Assembly: GCA_025355665.1 (NCBI GenBank)
Contig: JANXZF010000070.1
Location: forward strand, 1,069-65,068
Direction: 5' to 3'
DNA: 64,000 nt
DNA from: Actinomycetes bacterium
GTDB lineage: Bacteria > Actinomycetota > Actinomycetes > Nanopelagicales > Nanopelagicaceae
The notes beneath the pieces were generated by a model, which worked only from the letters and a program-made list of their open reading frames with translations, ran no database searches and was not told the origin of the DNA. Shown here piece after piece: positions 11,048 to 20,477 of this stretch (positions within the stretch are counted from its first letter, which is position 1; the number at the start of each line of letters is the position of its first letter). A program made the position numbers and the translations under genes.

Positions 11048-11602
11048 TTACACAGTAGAGAGTATGAAGTCTGCGTTTTCGCGGGTTGAGTCGGTTCGGA
11101 AGTGTTCAGTCTCTCGTTCTTGCCATCGATTCATTTGCTCTTCTATCTGGTTGCCATCCCTCTCCAAAACTCGTCGAAGTCCGATTTGAGGGTCGATATC
11201 AAGCCAAATTGTGGCAGTCGCAAATTCTCGCACTAGCTTCTGCGCACTTCCCACCCCTTCAATAATGAGAACATCGCAAGGGAAAATTTGCCGGTCTGAG
11301 TCGAACTGGCCCCAAGTCCAATCGAAAATTGGGTATGTCGCCATGTTGCCGACAGAGAGTGTTTCAAGTACCTGCGAGAGAGTGTCTGTAAGGGTTTTAG
11401 TAAGGGCAAGATCCCACCCCGCATACATCTCATCTAGGTGGATTAATTCGACCTTATGATGAAGGCTCATAGAAAGAAAGAGTTCGTTAGCGAGGGTTGT
11501 CTTTCCAGCCCCCGCCGGCCCATCAATGGCGATGACATGCGTTTTCCCACAGCGCGGCGGAGAACTCAGGACATCTTCAAGTGCCAAAGTCAGATCGATC
11601 AA
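11048..11602 (-). CDS. P-loop NTPase, uridine-kinase-like small kinase (function uncertain)
   Basis: Walker A in IAIDGPAGAGKTTLANEL and a Walker-B-like VLIIEG. It overlaps the idsA stop by 4 nt, so it is probably co-transcribed. Confidence 0.5.
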   Translation of the reverse strand: MIDLTLALEDVLSSPPRCGKTHVIAIDGPAGAGKTTLANELFLSMSLHHKVELIHLDEMYAGWDLALTKTLTDTLSQVLETLSVGNMATYPIFDWTWGQFDSDRQIFPCDVLIIEGVGSAQKLVREFATATIWLDIDPQIGLRRVLERDGNQIEEQMNRWQERETEHFRTDSTRENADFILSTV

Positions 11603-12684
11603 GTGTTCTTTCCCATTGCAATTGAGGCGAGTTCGGTGAGAAGTGAATGAGCCGCCGGTGGAATTTCATCTCGATTGAGTGCATCAAGTGCGGTGAGAGT
11701 CAACTTTTCAATGAGTTCTTCGACGTGTTCTTTTGCTCCTGTTTCTTCGATGATCGTACGCAGCGATTCAACGCCTTCGGCGTGAAGTTTACGATCGCCG
11801 AAGTATTTGGCAATTGTCGTCTCTTGCTTGGCATTTGCTCGGTCCTGCGTCATCGCCATTAATACAGTGCGCTTGCCTTCTCGCAAATCATCTCCGGCTG
11901 GTTTGCCAGTGATCGAAGGATCGCCGAAAACACCGAGCAAATCATCTCTTAGTTGAAAAGCCTCGCCCAGAGGAAGTCCAAACTCGGAAAAAATTGTGAA
12001 ATATTCTTGGCGCTTTTCATCTTCGGGTAGGGCGAGGCAAGTGCCAAAGTGAAGCGGGCGCTCTATGGTGTATTTACCGGATTTGTACCTGGCGATTTTG
12101 AGAGATCGGGCCACACTTTGTGTAGCCAAGGCTTGCTCGTGAATGTCTAGGAATTGACCAGCCATGATCTCTACCCGCATTTCGTCGTATATCGACAAGC
12201 TGCGTACGAGTTGCATGTCAGTGATTCCCGAATCATGAAGCATTTGATCGGCCCACACCAAGGTCAGATCCCCTAGCAATATTGCCGCCGAAGCTCCGTA
12301 GTTAGCGGCCGAACCTGAGAGCTCATCACTTTGGTGAATCATCTCGAATCTTCGATGAATGGAGGGTTGTCCTCGCCTTGTATCCGAGGCATCCATTAGG
12401 TCATCGTGGATCAATGCGCATCCTTGTAGGAGTTCAAGACTGGCTATTGCCCGTATAATTGAATCGTCGTCTTGGCCGCCTGCGCTTATGTAGCCGCAAT
12501 AGGCAAAGAGTGGGCGCAAGCGCTTTCCTCCATTGAGGAGAAAAGCATTGATCGCCTCGGCTGCAGGAATGAGTTCAGTGCCGATCTCGCCTAAGTACAG
12601 AGTCTGTTTCGCGAGAAAATCTGTCAGATCCCTTTGCACGCGTATTCGTATGTCCGCTAAGGCGAACTGAGGTTCAAGGCTCAC
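11599..12684 (-). CDS. idsA: Polyprenyl (geranylgeranyl) diphosphate synthase
   Basis: GTG start. First aspartate-rich motif LIHDDLMD and second motif FQLRDDLLGVFGD, as in trans-isoprenyl diphosphate synthases. Confidence 0.85.
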   Translation of the reverse strand: MSLEPQFALADIRIRVQRDLTDFLAKQTLYLGEIGTELIPAAEAINAFLLNGGKRLRPLFAYCGYISAGGQDDDSIIRAIASLELLQGCALIHDDLMDASDTRRGQPSIHRRFEMIHQSDELSGSAANYGASAAILLGDLTLVWADQMLHDSGITDMQLVRSLSIYDEMRVEIMAGQFLDIHEQALATQSVARSLKIARYKSGKYTIERPLHFGTCLALPEDEKRQEYFTIFSEFGLPLGEAFQLRDDLLGVFGDPSITGKPAGDDLREGKRTVLMAMTQDRANAKQETTIAKYFGDRKLHAEGVESLRTIIEETGAKEHVEELIEKLTLTALDALNRDEIPPAAHSLLTELASIAMGKNT

Positions 12685-12729
12685 GTGGCAACGGTACCCT
12701 CACTATTCAGTAAGAGCGAAAGGAAGGTC

Positions 12730-13578
12730 ATGGCTAGAAGCTTTTCTTTTGAATTCTTTCCGCCAAAGGACGAGGCAGGGGAGGATCGGCTCTGGCACGC
12801 AATGGCAAGTTTGGAATTACTAGCACCCGATTTCATATCGGTGACCTATGGAGCCGGCGGGTCAACCCGCGAACGCACTATTCGGATTACATCGGAGATA
12901 ACGGCCCGAACTCACATACCAACTGTTGCGCATTTAACGTGTGTCGGTTCAACAGAATCTGAATTGCGTGAAATTCTCCAGCATTATCACGATGCTGGAA
13001 TCAAAAGTATTCTCGCTCTTCGTGGTGATCCCGTAGGGGGGCCAGCGGCGCCTTGGGTTTCGACGCCGGGTGGATTCACACATTCTGACGAATTGGTAGC
13101 CCTCGCCGCTCAGCGGGGAGATTTCACGATTGGAGTCGCGGCTTTCCCTGATGGTCACCCCGCTTCCCATGGGGACTTCGAGCAAGACATAAACGTTCTT
13201 TTACGCAAGGAACAACTTGGCGCCTCCTTTGCTACGACTCAATTCTTCTTTGAAGTCTCAAAATGGAAAGATCTGGTTGAGAAGCTTTCCAAGTGCGGGT
13301 CCTCAATGCCCATAATCCCAGGCATCCTTCCCGTTACGAACGTAAAGCAGCTTGAGCGAATGGCCGAATTGGGCGGCACTCCAATCCCTTCTCGAATTCG
13401 AGAGAAGTTCTTGAAGATTGAGAGCGATACTGAAGCGGTAAAGGCGCTGGGAATCGAAATCGCCACAGAAATGTGCAGTCAACTTCTGGAGGCAGGGGCT
13501 CTCGGTTTACATTTCTACACAATGAATAGCTCAACTGCCACGCAGGAAATTTTTCTTAATCTGGGGATTACTCGGTAG
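12730..13578 (+). CDS. metF: Methylenetetrahydrofolate reductase
   Basis: Track ORF starts at GTG 12685. I prefer ATG 12730, which follows AGGAAGG. SFEFFPPK, SVTYGAGGSTR, HLTCVG and ALRGDP are classic MetF motifs. Confidence 0.85.
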   Translation: MARSFSFEFFPPKDEAGEDRLWHAMASLELLAPDFISVTYGAGGSTRERTIRITSEITARTHIPTVAHLTCVGSTESELREILQHYHDAGIKSILALRGDPVGGPAAPWVSTPGGFTHSDELVALAAQRGDFTIGVAAFPDGHPASHGDFEQDINVLLRKEQLGASFATTQFFFEVSKWKDLVEKLSKCGSSMPIIPGILPVTNVKQLERMAELGGTPIPSRIREKFLKIESDTEAVKALGIEIATEMCSQLLEAGALGLHFYTMNSSTATQEIFLNLGITR

Positions 13579-13590
13579 AGGTATCCTGCT

Positions 13591-14400
13591 CTAGTCGCCA
13601 GGTTGTCCTAGCCAACGGGAGAAGCAGTAGGGCGCAAGGATAAATGCGTACGCAATTCCGGCAAACAATGCCGTCTCGGGACGATGAAAGAAAAAGAGAT
13701 AGTCGACCAATCCGACTACCAGAGTCCACGTTAGGAAGATATCTACCGTGGCAAATTCAGCGCCGTGCTTTCGTCTTTCTTTTGGTAATGCGAGGTGCAG
13801 GATGGCCATTAGAAGCATCCCTGTGAAAAGCCAGCCCGCTGGATTGGACAATGGCAATTCTTTTTCAAACGGCACGTGAGATGTCGTTAAAGTCCACTGA
13901 ACACGATGGGCAGTTGCCAATTGAGGATCTATAAATAAATGCCATGCCATCATGACTGCGCCACCATAGATGAAAGTCCAATTTCGACTCACTCGCCTGG
14001 CGGCAACAAGAATTGGATGCGCGAGCATGAGCCATACAAAGGGAATGACCAAGGGTACGTCATAGATTTTTACACCTAAACTTGAATTAAAGGTGTGGTC
14101 ACCGAAGGGCCATCCAGTTTGCACTCCGACTTGTTCCACGGCGAATGCGAAAAGTAAGGTCACTCCAACATAGGTGATCGCATATCGCCATCCGAACGAG
14201 TAGATAGCGTGGAGCACCATGGTCATAGCGCCTGCATAGAACCCAAAAATGGTCACCCATTTCAGAATCTGTCCGTGCGAGAGTGGATAGGCCACCTGAA
14301 GCAAAATCGCAATTGCTAAAACTGTGCCGAGAATTATCCTTGCGGCGCTCGATACACCCTTGCTTCTATTTCTACGTGGGGTGTAATGACGAAGTGACAC
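13591..14400 (-). CDS. Polytopic membrane protein resembling the DUF422 'carotenoid biosynthesis protein' family
   Basis: 269 aa with about 7 TM helices. The segment VEQVGVQTGWPFGDHTFNSSLGVKIYDVPLVIPFVWL matches my memory of the E..G..TG.PFG.Y.F...LG....VPL core of this family. This rests on recollection only. Confidence 0.45.
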   Translation of the reverse strand: MSLRHYTPRRNRSKGVSSAARIILGTVLAIAILLQVAYPLSHGQILKWVTIFGFYAGAMTMVLHAIYSFGWRYAITYVGVTLLFAFAVEQVGVQTGWPFGDHTFNSSLGVKIYDVPLVIPFVWLMLAHPILVAARRVSRNWTFIYGGAVMMAWHLFIDPQLATAHRVQWTLTTSHVPFEKELPLSNPAGWLFTGMLLMAILHLALPKERRKHGAEFATVDIFLTWTLVVGLVDYLFFFHRPETALFAGIAYAFILAPYCFSRWLGQPGD

Positions 14401-14453
14401 GAGAGTAGTCTGCCCTATCTCACCAGTTCAGGGGCATTATGAGAAACAAGAGG

Positions 14454-15251
14454 TCAAATCTTGGCACCTGTGGTTGAAAGTATTTGAGATACGACTTCAG
14501 TTGGGTGATCCCACATGGGGGCATGGCCGCAATCGGCAAGAACGAGCCATTTGGTGTGGGCTGGTACAAGTGAGCGCTCCTGGCATGTCGAGGAGGGCAG
14601 AGTTCGATCTGTATCGCCGAAGATCACTGTGATTGGCACATTCTCTGAAATATTCTGGTCGAACCTTTTGCGAAGGAGCGCGTCCCACGCTGGGTAATAA
14701 CCGGCGGCAGTCGCCATGGCATGGGTCGCTTCGACGCAGAGTTGGTAGGAAAAATCTCGCCACTTCGGACTTACATTTTCAAATCCGATTTTGCGCGCCC
14801 ACTCATAATGAAGTAAGAGAGGGGATACAACCTTCAGGCTACTGGCCAAGATTCTGGCGATTGCTGTACCAGGGTATCGAGCAACAAATGGTTTTATCCA
14901 TAGTCCGGCCGGCGCCAGCCCCGTCACTGAAACAATCGCATCGGTTTTCATTGCCGCCATTTCCAAAGCAATCCACCCGCCCAAAGAATTTCCGACGACG
15001 TGATACTTCGCAATTCCAAGTGAATTCATGGTCTCGAAAACAGATTCGGCAAGACTACGAGGGTCCATGGGTTGCGCCTCATCCATCGCAGTGAATCCAT
15101 GTCCAGGAAGATCGACTGTAACGACCGTGAAGTAATTAGAAAGATCATCGATTATCGGCTGCCATGCCGTAGAGGCAGAGCCCATGCCGTGAATGAGGAG
15201 AAGCGTTTCCGCAGCGGGGGCATGAGTTCGCAAGGTCGAGTGGAGAATCAT
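14454..15251 (-). CDS. Alpha/beta-fold hydrolase
   Basis: HG oxyanion (LLIHGMGS), nucleophile elbow GNSLGG, and a C-terminal catalytic His context CGHAPMWDHP. Its start overlaps the methyltransferase stop by 4 nt. Confidence 0.75.
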   Translation of the reverse strand: MILHSTLRTHAPAAETLLLIHGMGSASTAWQPIIDDLSNYFTVVTVDLPGHGFTAMDEAQPMDPRSLAESVFETMNSLGIAKYHVVGNSLGGWIALEMAAMKTDAIVSVTGLAPAGLWIKPFVARYPGTAIARILASSLKVVSPLLLHYEWARKIGFENVSPKWRDFSYQLCVEATHAMATAAGYYPAWDALLRKRFDQNISENVPITVIFGDTDRTLPSSTCQERSLVPAHTKWLVLADCGHAPMWDHPTEVVSQILSTTGAKI

Positions 15252-16096
15252 TTCTTTAAATCTTCAGGTTTTGTGCCGAGGGTTAGGCGGATTTCTTGAT
15301 CGAAGGTGATCGATCCGTCAGATTGGGCAAATTGTGCAAGCCTGGCTTCGGCCTCCCTACGTACTTCCGCTCGTGCGTGCTCAGGAATTGCAAGCCACAA
15401 CATTCGTTGCGCAATGGACCAGGTGAAGTCATACCAGTGTTGAGTGTTGGCGAAATGCACTGGAACCGAGGTTCTGACGGTGAGGATATTTTCGAAACCC
15501 GCAGTAAAGAACATTTCCTCTAATTTGGCATCACTTGCAAACGGACCTTCGTTATCGGGGATTCTCACATCTCGCATGTGGGTCGGCAAATGAGGCTGAA
15601 ATACCTCATCCACATATGCCCATCGGGGATCAATAGTGCCGAATGTTGTAACACCGATTCTGCCGCTGGGTTTGAGGAGTGGAAACCAGTTACGCAGCGC
15701 ATGCAGCGGGTCAGCTAGAAAGAATAGAACCAGCGATGATGAGATTGTGTCGAACTGCCCTTGAACAGTTGTGGGAGATTGTGCGTCATCGACTTCGCAT
15801 TCCACATTTCTAAGTCCTGCGTGCAATGCAAGGCGTCGAGCATGCTCAATCATTCCTGCCGAGATATCAATTCCTAGGGCCAAACCGTGCGAACCAATCA
15901 ATTGTGCCACCGGTAGTAAGACAGCGCCTCGACCACATCCGATATCTAGCCAGCGCTCGCCTTCAACAGGGGACATGGCATCCAACAGCTTCGTTGCAAT
16001 CGGTTTGAAAAAATCAACGCCAACCTCATCGTACGTGTCAGACAATCTATCGAAAAGATTAGCCATCTTCTCTGAATGTCCAAATGCATCGACCAT
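15248..16096 (-). CDS. Class I SAM-dependent methyltransferase
   Basis: SAM motif I WLDIGCGRGAV, followed by the acidic loop GIDIS. The substrate is unknown. Confidence 0.8.
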   Translation of the reverse strand: MVDAFGHSEKMANLFDRLSDTYDEVGVDFFKPIATKLLDAMSPVEGERWLDIGCGRGAVLLPVAQLIGSHGLALGIDISAGMIEHARRLALHAGLRNVECEVDDAQSPTTVQGQFDTISSSLVLFFLADPLHALRNWFPLLKPSGRIGVTTFGTIDPRWAYVDEVFQPHLPTHMRDVRIPDNEGPFASDAKLEEMFFTAGFENILTVRTSVPVHFANTQHWYDFTWSIAQRMLWLAIPEHARAEVRREAEARLAQFAQSDGSITFDQEIRLTLGTKPEDLKK

Positions 16097-16105
16097 TTCA
16101 CCAGT

Positions 16106-16465
16106 ATGTCATTTAGCCTAAATACCCGTCCAGCAATCCTCGCTCGAACAATCCCTGGGAGTACCCTTTCAAATATCAACTCGGGGTTGCAGGTGTTGCT
16201 CGTCGCTAGTTCACGAATTGAGGGCGAATTGATTCTCGGTTGTTTGCGAACTGGTGGCATAAGAGCCCACATTTCTGCCGATGACGAGGGCGGAATGAAC
16301 CTTGCACTTCAACCAGGCAGAGTGAGAATTCTAGTTTCAGGAGAGGACGAGGCCGCGGCTCATAGGATGCTTGAAGATACGAAGGTCGCGGAGAAGGGGA
16401 CTCCAATTAAATTTCAGAAATGGTTGTGGAAGTTACTTGGAGGCAGGCTACCAGATGAAAATTAG
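16106..16465 (+). CDS. Small DUF2007-like protein (hypothetical)
   Basis: Track ORF 16076-16465. The internal ATG at 16106 avoids overlap with the methyltransferase. The core VLLVASSRIEGELILGCLRTGGIRAHISADDEGG resembles the DUF2007 fold. This is a weak call. Confidence 0.4.
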   Translation: MSFSLNTRPAILARTIPGSTLSNINSGLQVLLVASSRIEGELILGCLRTGGIRAHISADDEGGMNLALQPGRVRILVSGEDEAAAHRMLEDTKVAEKGTPIKFQKWLWKLLGGRLPDEN

Positions 16466-16944
16466 TCTCCAACGCTCATCGGTTTAGCTTTCGTCATCGA
16501 CTCAAGTGCCACGAACGAAGTTGGGAAGACTGCGTGTGGATGCCCAGCGGCCGCCCAGATCACTTCGTAGTCGTTAAGGGCGATATCAATCAGAATCGTT
16601 GCCTCATTGGTTATCCATCCGACGGGGCTTACTCCGCCGATTGCATAACCGGACCACTGTCGAACAAAATCAGCGTCGGCCCGATGGAGTCGCTCGATAT
16701 TCAAACTGCGAGCAACAAGTTCGGTGTCGACGCGATGTCGCCCGCTTGTGATTACTAGGAGTGGTTTGTCATTTGGCAAACGAAAGACGATTGAGGATGC
16801 GATTTGACCAACTTCAATGTTGAGAGCCTCGGCGGCCTCCTTCGCGCTTCGGGCGCTATCAGAGAGGGCGACAATTTCTACACCAGAATTGGCAAGAACT
16901 TCCCTCACTCTATTGACCGATGGGTGTTGAAGAATGGATTCCAT
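16462..16944 (-). CDS. YbaK/EbsC-family aminoacyl-tRNA deacylase domain protein
   Basis: 160 aa. SARSAKEAAEALNIEVGQIASSIVF, GYAIGGVSPVG and AAAGHPHAVF are typical of the YbaK/ProX editing domain. Confidence 0.7.
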   Translation of the reverse strand: MESILQHPSVNRVREVLANSGVEIVALSDSARSAKEAAEALNIEVGQIASSIVFRLPNDKPLLVITSGRHRVDTELVARSLNIERLHRADADFVRQWSGYAIGGVSPVGWITNEATILIDIALNDYEVIWAAAGHPHAVFPTSFVALESMTKAKPMSVGD

Positions 16945-18194
16945 CAGAGGAGTTTAGGCGCTTTCGAGAAATGCTTCTTCAGGACCTCGAGCAACGAGTT
17001 CCCTGGCTGGGGGATTTCGTTATTTGGGTCAGTCCCCATGCGGAAATCAAAGTCATAGTACAGATCGCCCGGTGCTCTCCATCCCCACAATGCGTAACTT
17101 GCCCCGAACTTGTCGACTACGGCAAACTGATCATCGAGGAAAGTTGCAGCGCCCGGAACAAAGCGATGCACCCCCATTTCCGTTATAGCTATCGGCACCT
17201 TGTATTTGAGTTTGAAGTCGAGCAACCGCTGAAGATGAATTGATTGCCAATGTGAATCGACCAGCGTCGTTGTTCCGTCGCCGTTCGTGTCCATCAGCCC
17301 AGGATATGAGGTGGTCCCATTTGAACCTTGGTGGGTGTAGATCTCTTGTGGTTCGTAATTGTGAATTGTGTACACAGTTTTGGAGTCGCCTGTGACCTTC
17401 AAGTATGGAAGATACTCGACCGAGCCGTAACTTTCTGGTTCAAGGAGAATCGGAGTTGTCTTGTCTACTTTGCGAATGGCAGCGGTGATACGTGGGGTGA
17501 GTTGATTCCAATCGTGGATTGAGTCGCCGAAGTTCGCATAGAAGTCGCCGGGGCTTGGATAGTTGGAGGTTTTGTCATCTATAGTGGAAACGTAGTTTGG
17601 CTCAACTAGCGGGTCATAACCAATTACGACGCAATTGTTCTTATATCGATTGGCGGTGTACTGCATCATCGCGACAAAGGCGGTCTGGTCCTTGCTGGAA
17701 TTCCATAACGTTTCATAGAGATGCTGACTAAAGAGCGGATCGTAATCTTTTTGGTACCTAAAGGCATACTCGTTGCGTCCTGGACCCGTTCTAAATGCGA
17801 TTACGGCTTTTAGCCCAGATTTTCTGATCATCTTGAGAAGTTGGTCAAGGTTGGCTTGCGCTTCCGCGTCCACTGCGTAAGGAGAACGCATTCGAAACAA
17901 ACCTGGCTGCGAAATCTGCACGTAGTTTGCACCAAGGTTTGCCATTGCAGTGAAATCTGCTTGCGTGTATGGCCAATGAACTGGTCCATTTGTTTCCCAC
18001 GAGGGATCTGCATGTTCGGCAAATATGTTGAAGCCACGCAATTGTCCGTGGTTCCATAAGGAAAACTTGCTAGATGCGCAACTTGATATCTTGGCACTAG
18101 ATGTCTGGATACCAAGTGTGCTCAGAAGGATTCCTATGAGCAGGGCTCCGACTAATCTAGTTCTGCGATGGCTCATGTATGGCAAGTTTCTCAA
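16944..18194 (-). CDS. Secreted clan GH-A (GH5-like) glycoside hydrolase
   Basis: Signal peptide HRRTRLVGALLIGILLSTLGIQTSSA. Candidate acid/base in IGYDPLVEPN and nucleophile in PIAITEMG, with (beta/alpha)8 spacing. The start may be the internal ATG at 18176. Either start overlaps the marR 3' end. Confidence 0.6.
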   Translation of the reverse strand: MRNLPYMSHRRTRLVGALLIGILLSTLGIQTSSAKISSCASSKFSLWNHGQLRGFNIFAEHADPSWETNGPVHWPYTQADFTAMANLGANYVQISQPGLFRMRSPYAVDAEAQANLDQLLKMIRKSGLKAVIAFRTGPGRNEYAFRYQKDYDPLFSQHLYETLWNSSKDQTAFVAMMQYTANRYKNNCVVIGYDPLVEPNYVSTIDDKTSNYPSPGDFYANFGDSIHDWNQLTPRITAAIRKVDKTTPILLEPESYGSVEYLPYLKVTGDSKTVYTIHNYEPQEIYTHQGSNGTTSYPGLMDTNGDGTTTLVDSHWQSIHLQRLLDFKLKYKVPIAITEMGVHRFVPGAATFLDDQFAVVDKFGASYALWGWRAPGDLYYDFDFRMGTDPNNEIPQPGNSLLEVLKKHFSKAPKLL

Positions 18195-18612
18195 GGATTG
18201 GCAAGGCCGCGTTCAGTGTAGATAATTCTGCTTTATTTAGCCGCTGAATGCGTTGATTTATTCCCGCAGTTCTTGCTTCCCACAAATCCTTGAGCACTTT
18301 GTGGCCGGCGGAGGTCAATTCAACGAGACAAACGCGCTTGTCTTGCGCATCTTGGACTCGCTTGATGAAGCCCAAATCTTCCAAGCTCGTGGTAACTCGA
18401 GTTGCCACTGGCGCGCCGACCGATTCGCGAGTTGCCAAATCGCTAATTCGAATGGGTCCAAATTCTTCGATGGTAGCGAGCGCAGAAACTTGGGAGGGAG
18501 TAAGGCCGTTTGCGTTCTGCTGGCGAATGGATCTGACAAGGCGGCCGATGACAAGTCGGAGTTCAGCGGCTGTCTGTGATTGTGATTTGGTGAGTAATCC
18601 GTCCCTCTTCAT
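18157..18612 (-). CDS. MarR-family transcriptional regulator
   Basis: Winged-HTH core LTPSQVSALATIEEFGPIRISDLATRESVGAPVATRVTTSLEDLGFIKRVQDAQDKRV. ATGA overlap with the upstream MFS gene. Confidence 0.85.
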   Translation of the reverse strand: MKRDGLLTKSQSQTAAELRLVIGRLVRSIRQQNANGLTPSQVSALATIEEFGPIRISDLATRESVGAPVATRVTTSLEDLGFIKRVQDAQDKRVCLVELTSAGHKVLKDLWEARTAGINQRIQRLNKAELSTLNAALPILEKLAIHEPSQN

Positions 18613-20378
18613 CGAACAACCTCACTTTCCATCGCGGGTTCTCCGGGAACCGCGCCTCCTGACAATGTCATATCGCCAACGTGTTCGTGCATCGTGTGTT
18701 CTTCATGAACGTAGCGAGTGCCGCGGAACGCTGAGAAAAGCGCACCGATAACCGACATCGCGATGGCCAAAGCGAACACGATCACGAGTCCGTCGTGAAA
18801 TGGAATCTGGATGAGATTAGGGAAGAAATGTTTGCCTGTCAGGGTCGCCCACTGCGCATCTGTGACGTGGGTTGCTGCCTGCGATCCGAGCAGACTTTGA
18901 AGCGGGTTATAGCCAAGGAAAGAGGAGAACAAGCTGCCAACGGCCGGAAGGCTCGCTATTTGGTGCGCTTGATCCGCTCCGACTCCGTGCGCGGTTAATC
19001 CGTTGAACATCGCTTTAGGAAGCGAGTTGGCCAAACCAACGATCATGAGCGAGAAAAAGATGCCCATAGACAAAACCATGCCTGAGTTCATGAATGCGGC
19101 CTGTATCCCAGCTGCACCCCCCCTCTGGTTTGCTGGAACACTGTTCATAATGGCCGTTGAATTGGGCGCGGAGAACATTCCTCCTCCCACGCCGTTGAGA
19201 AATACGAGGATGGCAAACCAGACGTAATGGAAGTTCGTTGGAACTAGCAGCAGGCCCACGAAACTCGCACCAAAGAACATCAAGCCAGAAGTGGATAGTA
19301 TGCGTGCGCCGTGACGATCAGAGAGAAATCCGGAAATGGGACCAGCTAGAAGGAATCCAATCGTGAGCGGGAGAAGGTAGATACCAGCCCACAGAGGTGT
19401 TGCGTCATAGGCGTAGCCGTGTAGGGGGAGCCAGATTCCTTGAAGCCAGATGATCAACATGAATTGAAGACCGCCTCGTGCGATTGAGGCGAGCAACCCG
19501 GCGATGCTCCCCGTCGCAAATGCACGGATCTTGAACAGCCGTAAATTGAACATAGGGGATTCGACTCGAAGCTCTACAACTAAAAAGATGACTAGCAATG
19601 TGATACCTACAACGAATCCCGCAATTACCTTCGGCGCACCCCATCCCATCGAACTGATGCCGTATGGCTGTATTCCGTAAACAATTGCGATGAGGACTGA
19701 TGTGAGTCCAATTGCGAAAGTGATATTTCCCCACCAGTCAATTCTTGCCGGAGAGCGCTTCCCGTTGTCGCGAAGACTGTGATATCCCCAGAAAGTTCCG
19801 ATGATGCCGAATGGGACCGAAACCCAGAAAACCAATCGCCAATCGCCAATCGAGAGCAATCCACCGGCAATCAATCCGATAAAGGATCCTCCAATGGCAG
19901 CGACTTGGTTGATGCCCATTGCAAGCCCACGTTGTTCGGCTGGAAAGGCATCAACAATGATCGCGCTTGAATTTGCGAACAACATCGCTCCACCCACACC
20001 TTGAACAAGCCTCCATAGCACCAGCCACAATGCACCGGCTCCTCCGTGAAAAGGATCCAAAGCCAAAACAACAGATGCAAAGGAAAATACCGCAAAACCA
20101 AAATTATAGATTCGAACCCTGCCCATGATGTCGCCCAAACGGCCAAGGCTGACAACAAGTACTGCCGTGACAAGCATGTAGCCCATAAGCAACCAGAGTA
20201 GATAGCCAACATTGCCAGGAGAGAGTGGATTGATTCCAACGCCGCGGAAGATGGCGGGTAAAGAAATCAAGATGATAGAAGAATTTATCGTTGCCATGAA
20301 AATACCAAGAGTTGTGTTGGTCAGGGCGATCCACTTGTAATTATCGCCAGGAAGATGATCGGATTTCCTTAATTTCAC
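18609..20378 (-). CDS. MFS transporter, 14-TM DHA2 (EmrB/QacA-like) drug:H+ antiporter type
   Basis: 589 aa, GTG start after AGGAGAAG. Motif A-like GRLGDIMGRVRIY. About 14 hydrophobic segments. Paired with MarR. Confidence 0.85.
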   Translation of the reverse strand: MKLRKSDHLPGDNYKWIALTNTTLGIFMATINSSIILISLPAIFRGVGINPLSPGNVGYLLWLLMGYMLVTAVLVVSLGRLGDIMGRVRIYNFGFAVFSFASVVLALDPFHGGAGALWLVLWRLVQGVGGAMLFANSSAIIVDAFPAEQRGLAMGINQVAAIGGSFIGLIAGGLLSIGDWRLVFWVSVPFGIIGTFWGYHSLRDNGKRSPARIDWWGNITFAIGLTSVLIAIVYGIQPYGISSMGWGAPKVIAGFVVGITLLVIFLVVELRVESPMFNLRLFKIRAFATGSIAGLLASIARGGLQFMLIIWLQGIWLPLHGYAYDATPLWAGIYLLPLTIGFLLAGPISGFLSDRHGARILSTSGLMFFGASFVGLLLVPTNFHYVWFAILVFLNGVGGGMFSAPNSTAIMNSVPANQRGGAAGIQAAFMNSGMVLSMGIFFSLMIVGLANSLPKAMFNGLTAHGVGADQAHQIASLPAVGSLFSSFLGYNPLQSLLGSQAATHVTDAQWATLTGKHFFPNLIQIPFHDGLVIVFALAIAMSVIGALFSAFRGTRYVHEEHTMHEHVGDMTLSGGAVPGEPAMESEVVR

Positions 20379-20401
20379 TTGACTTCTCCTGCTCGTGTTA
20401 A

Positions 20402-20419
20402 TTGCTTGACAATAAGCAA
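20402..20419. promoter_or_regulatory. Inverted repeat TTGCTT-N6-AAGCAA upstream of the MFS-marR operon (candidate MarR operator)
   Basis: TTGCTTGACAATAAGCAA read directly in the sequence, 24-41 nt upstream of the MFS GTG start. MarR regulators usually bind palindromes in their own promoters. Confidence 0.3.
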
Positions 20420-20477
20420 CTATATCCGATTTCAGCAGATCTTCGCACTAATTTTAAAATGTGGCTCTATTTGGCCC

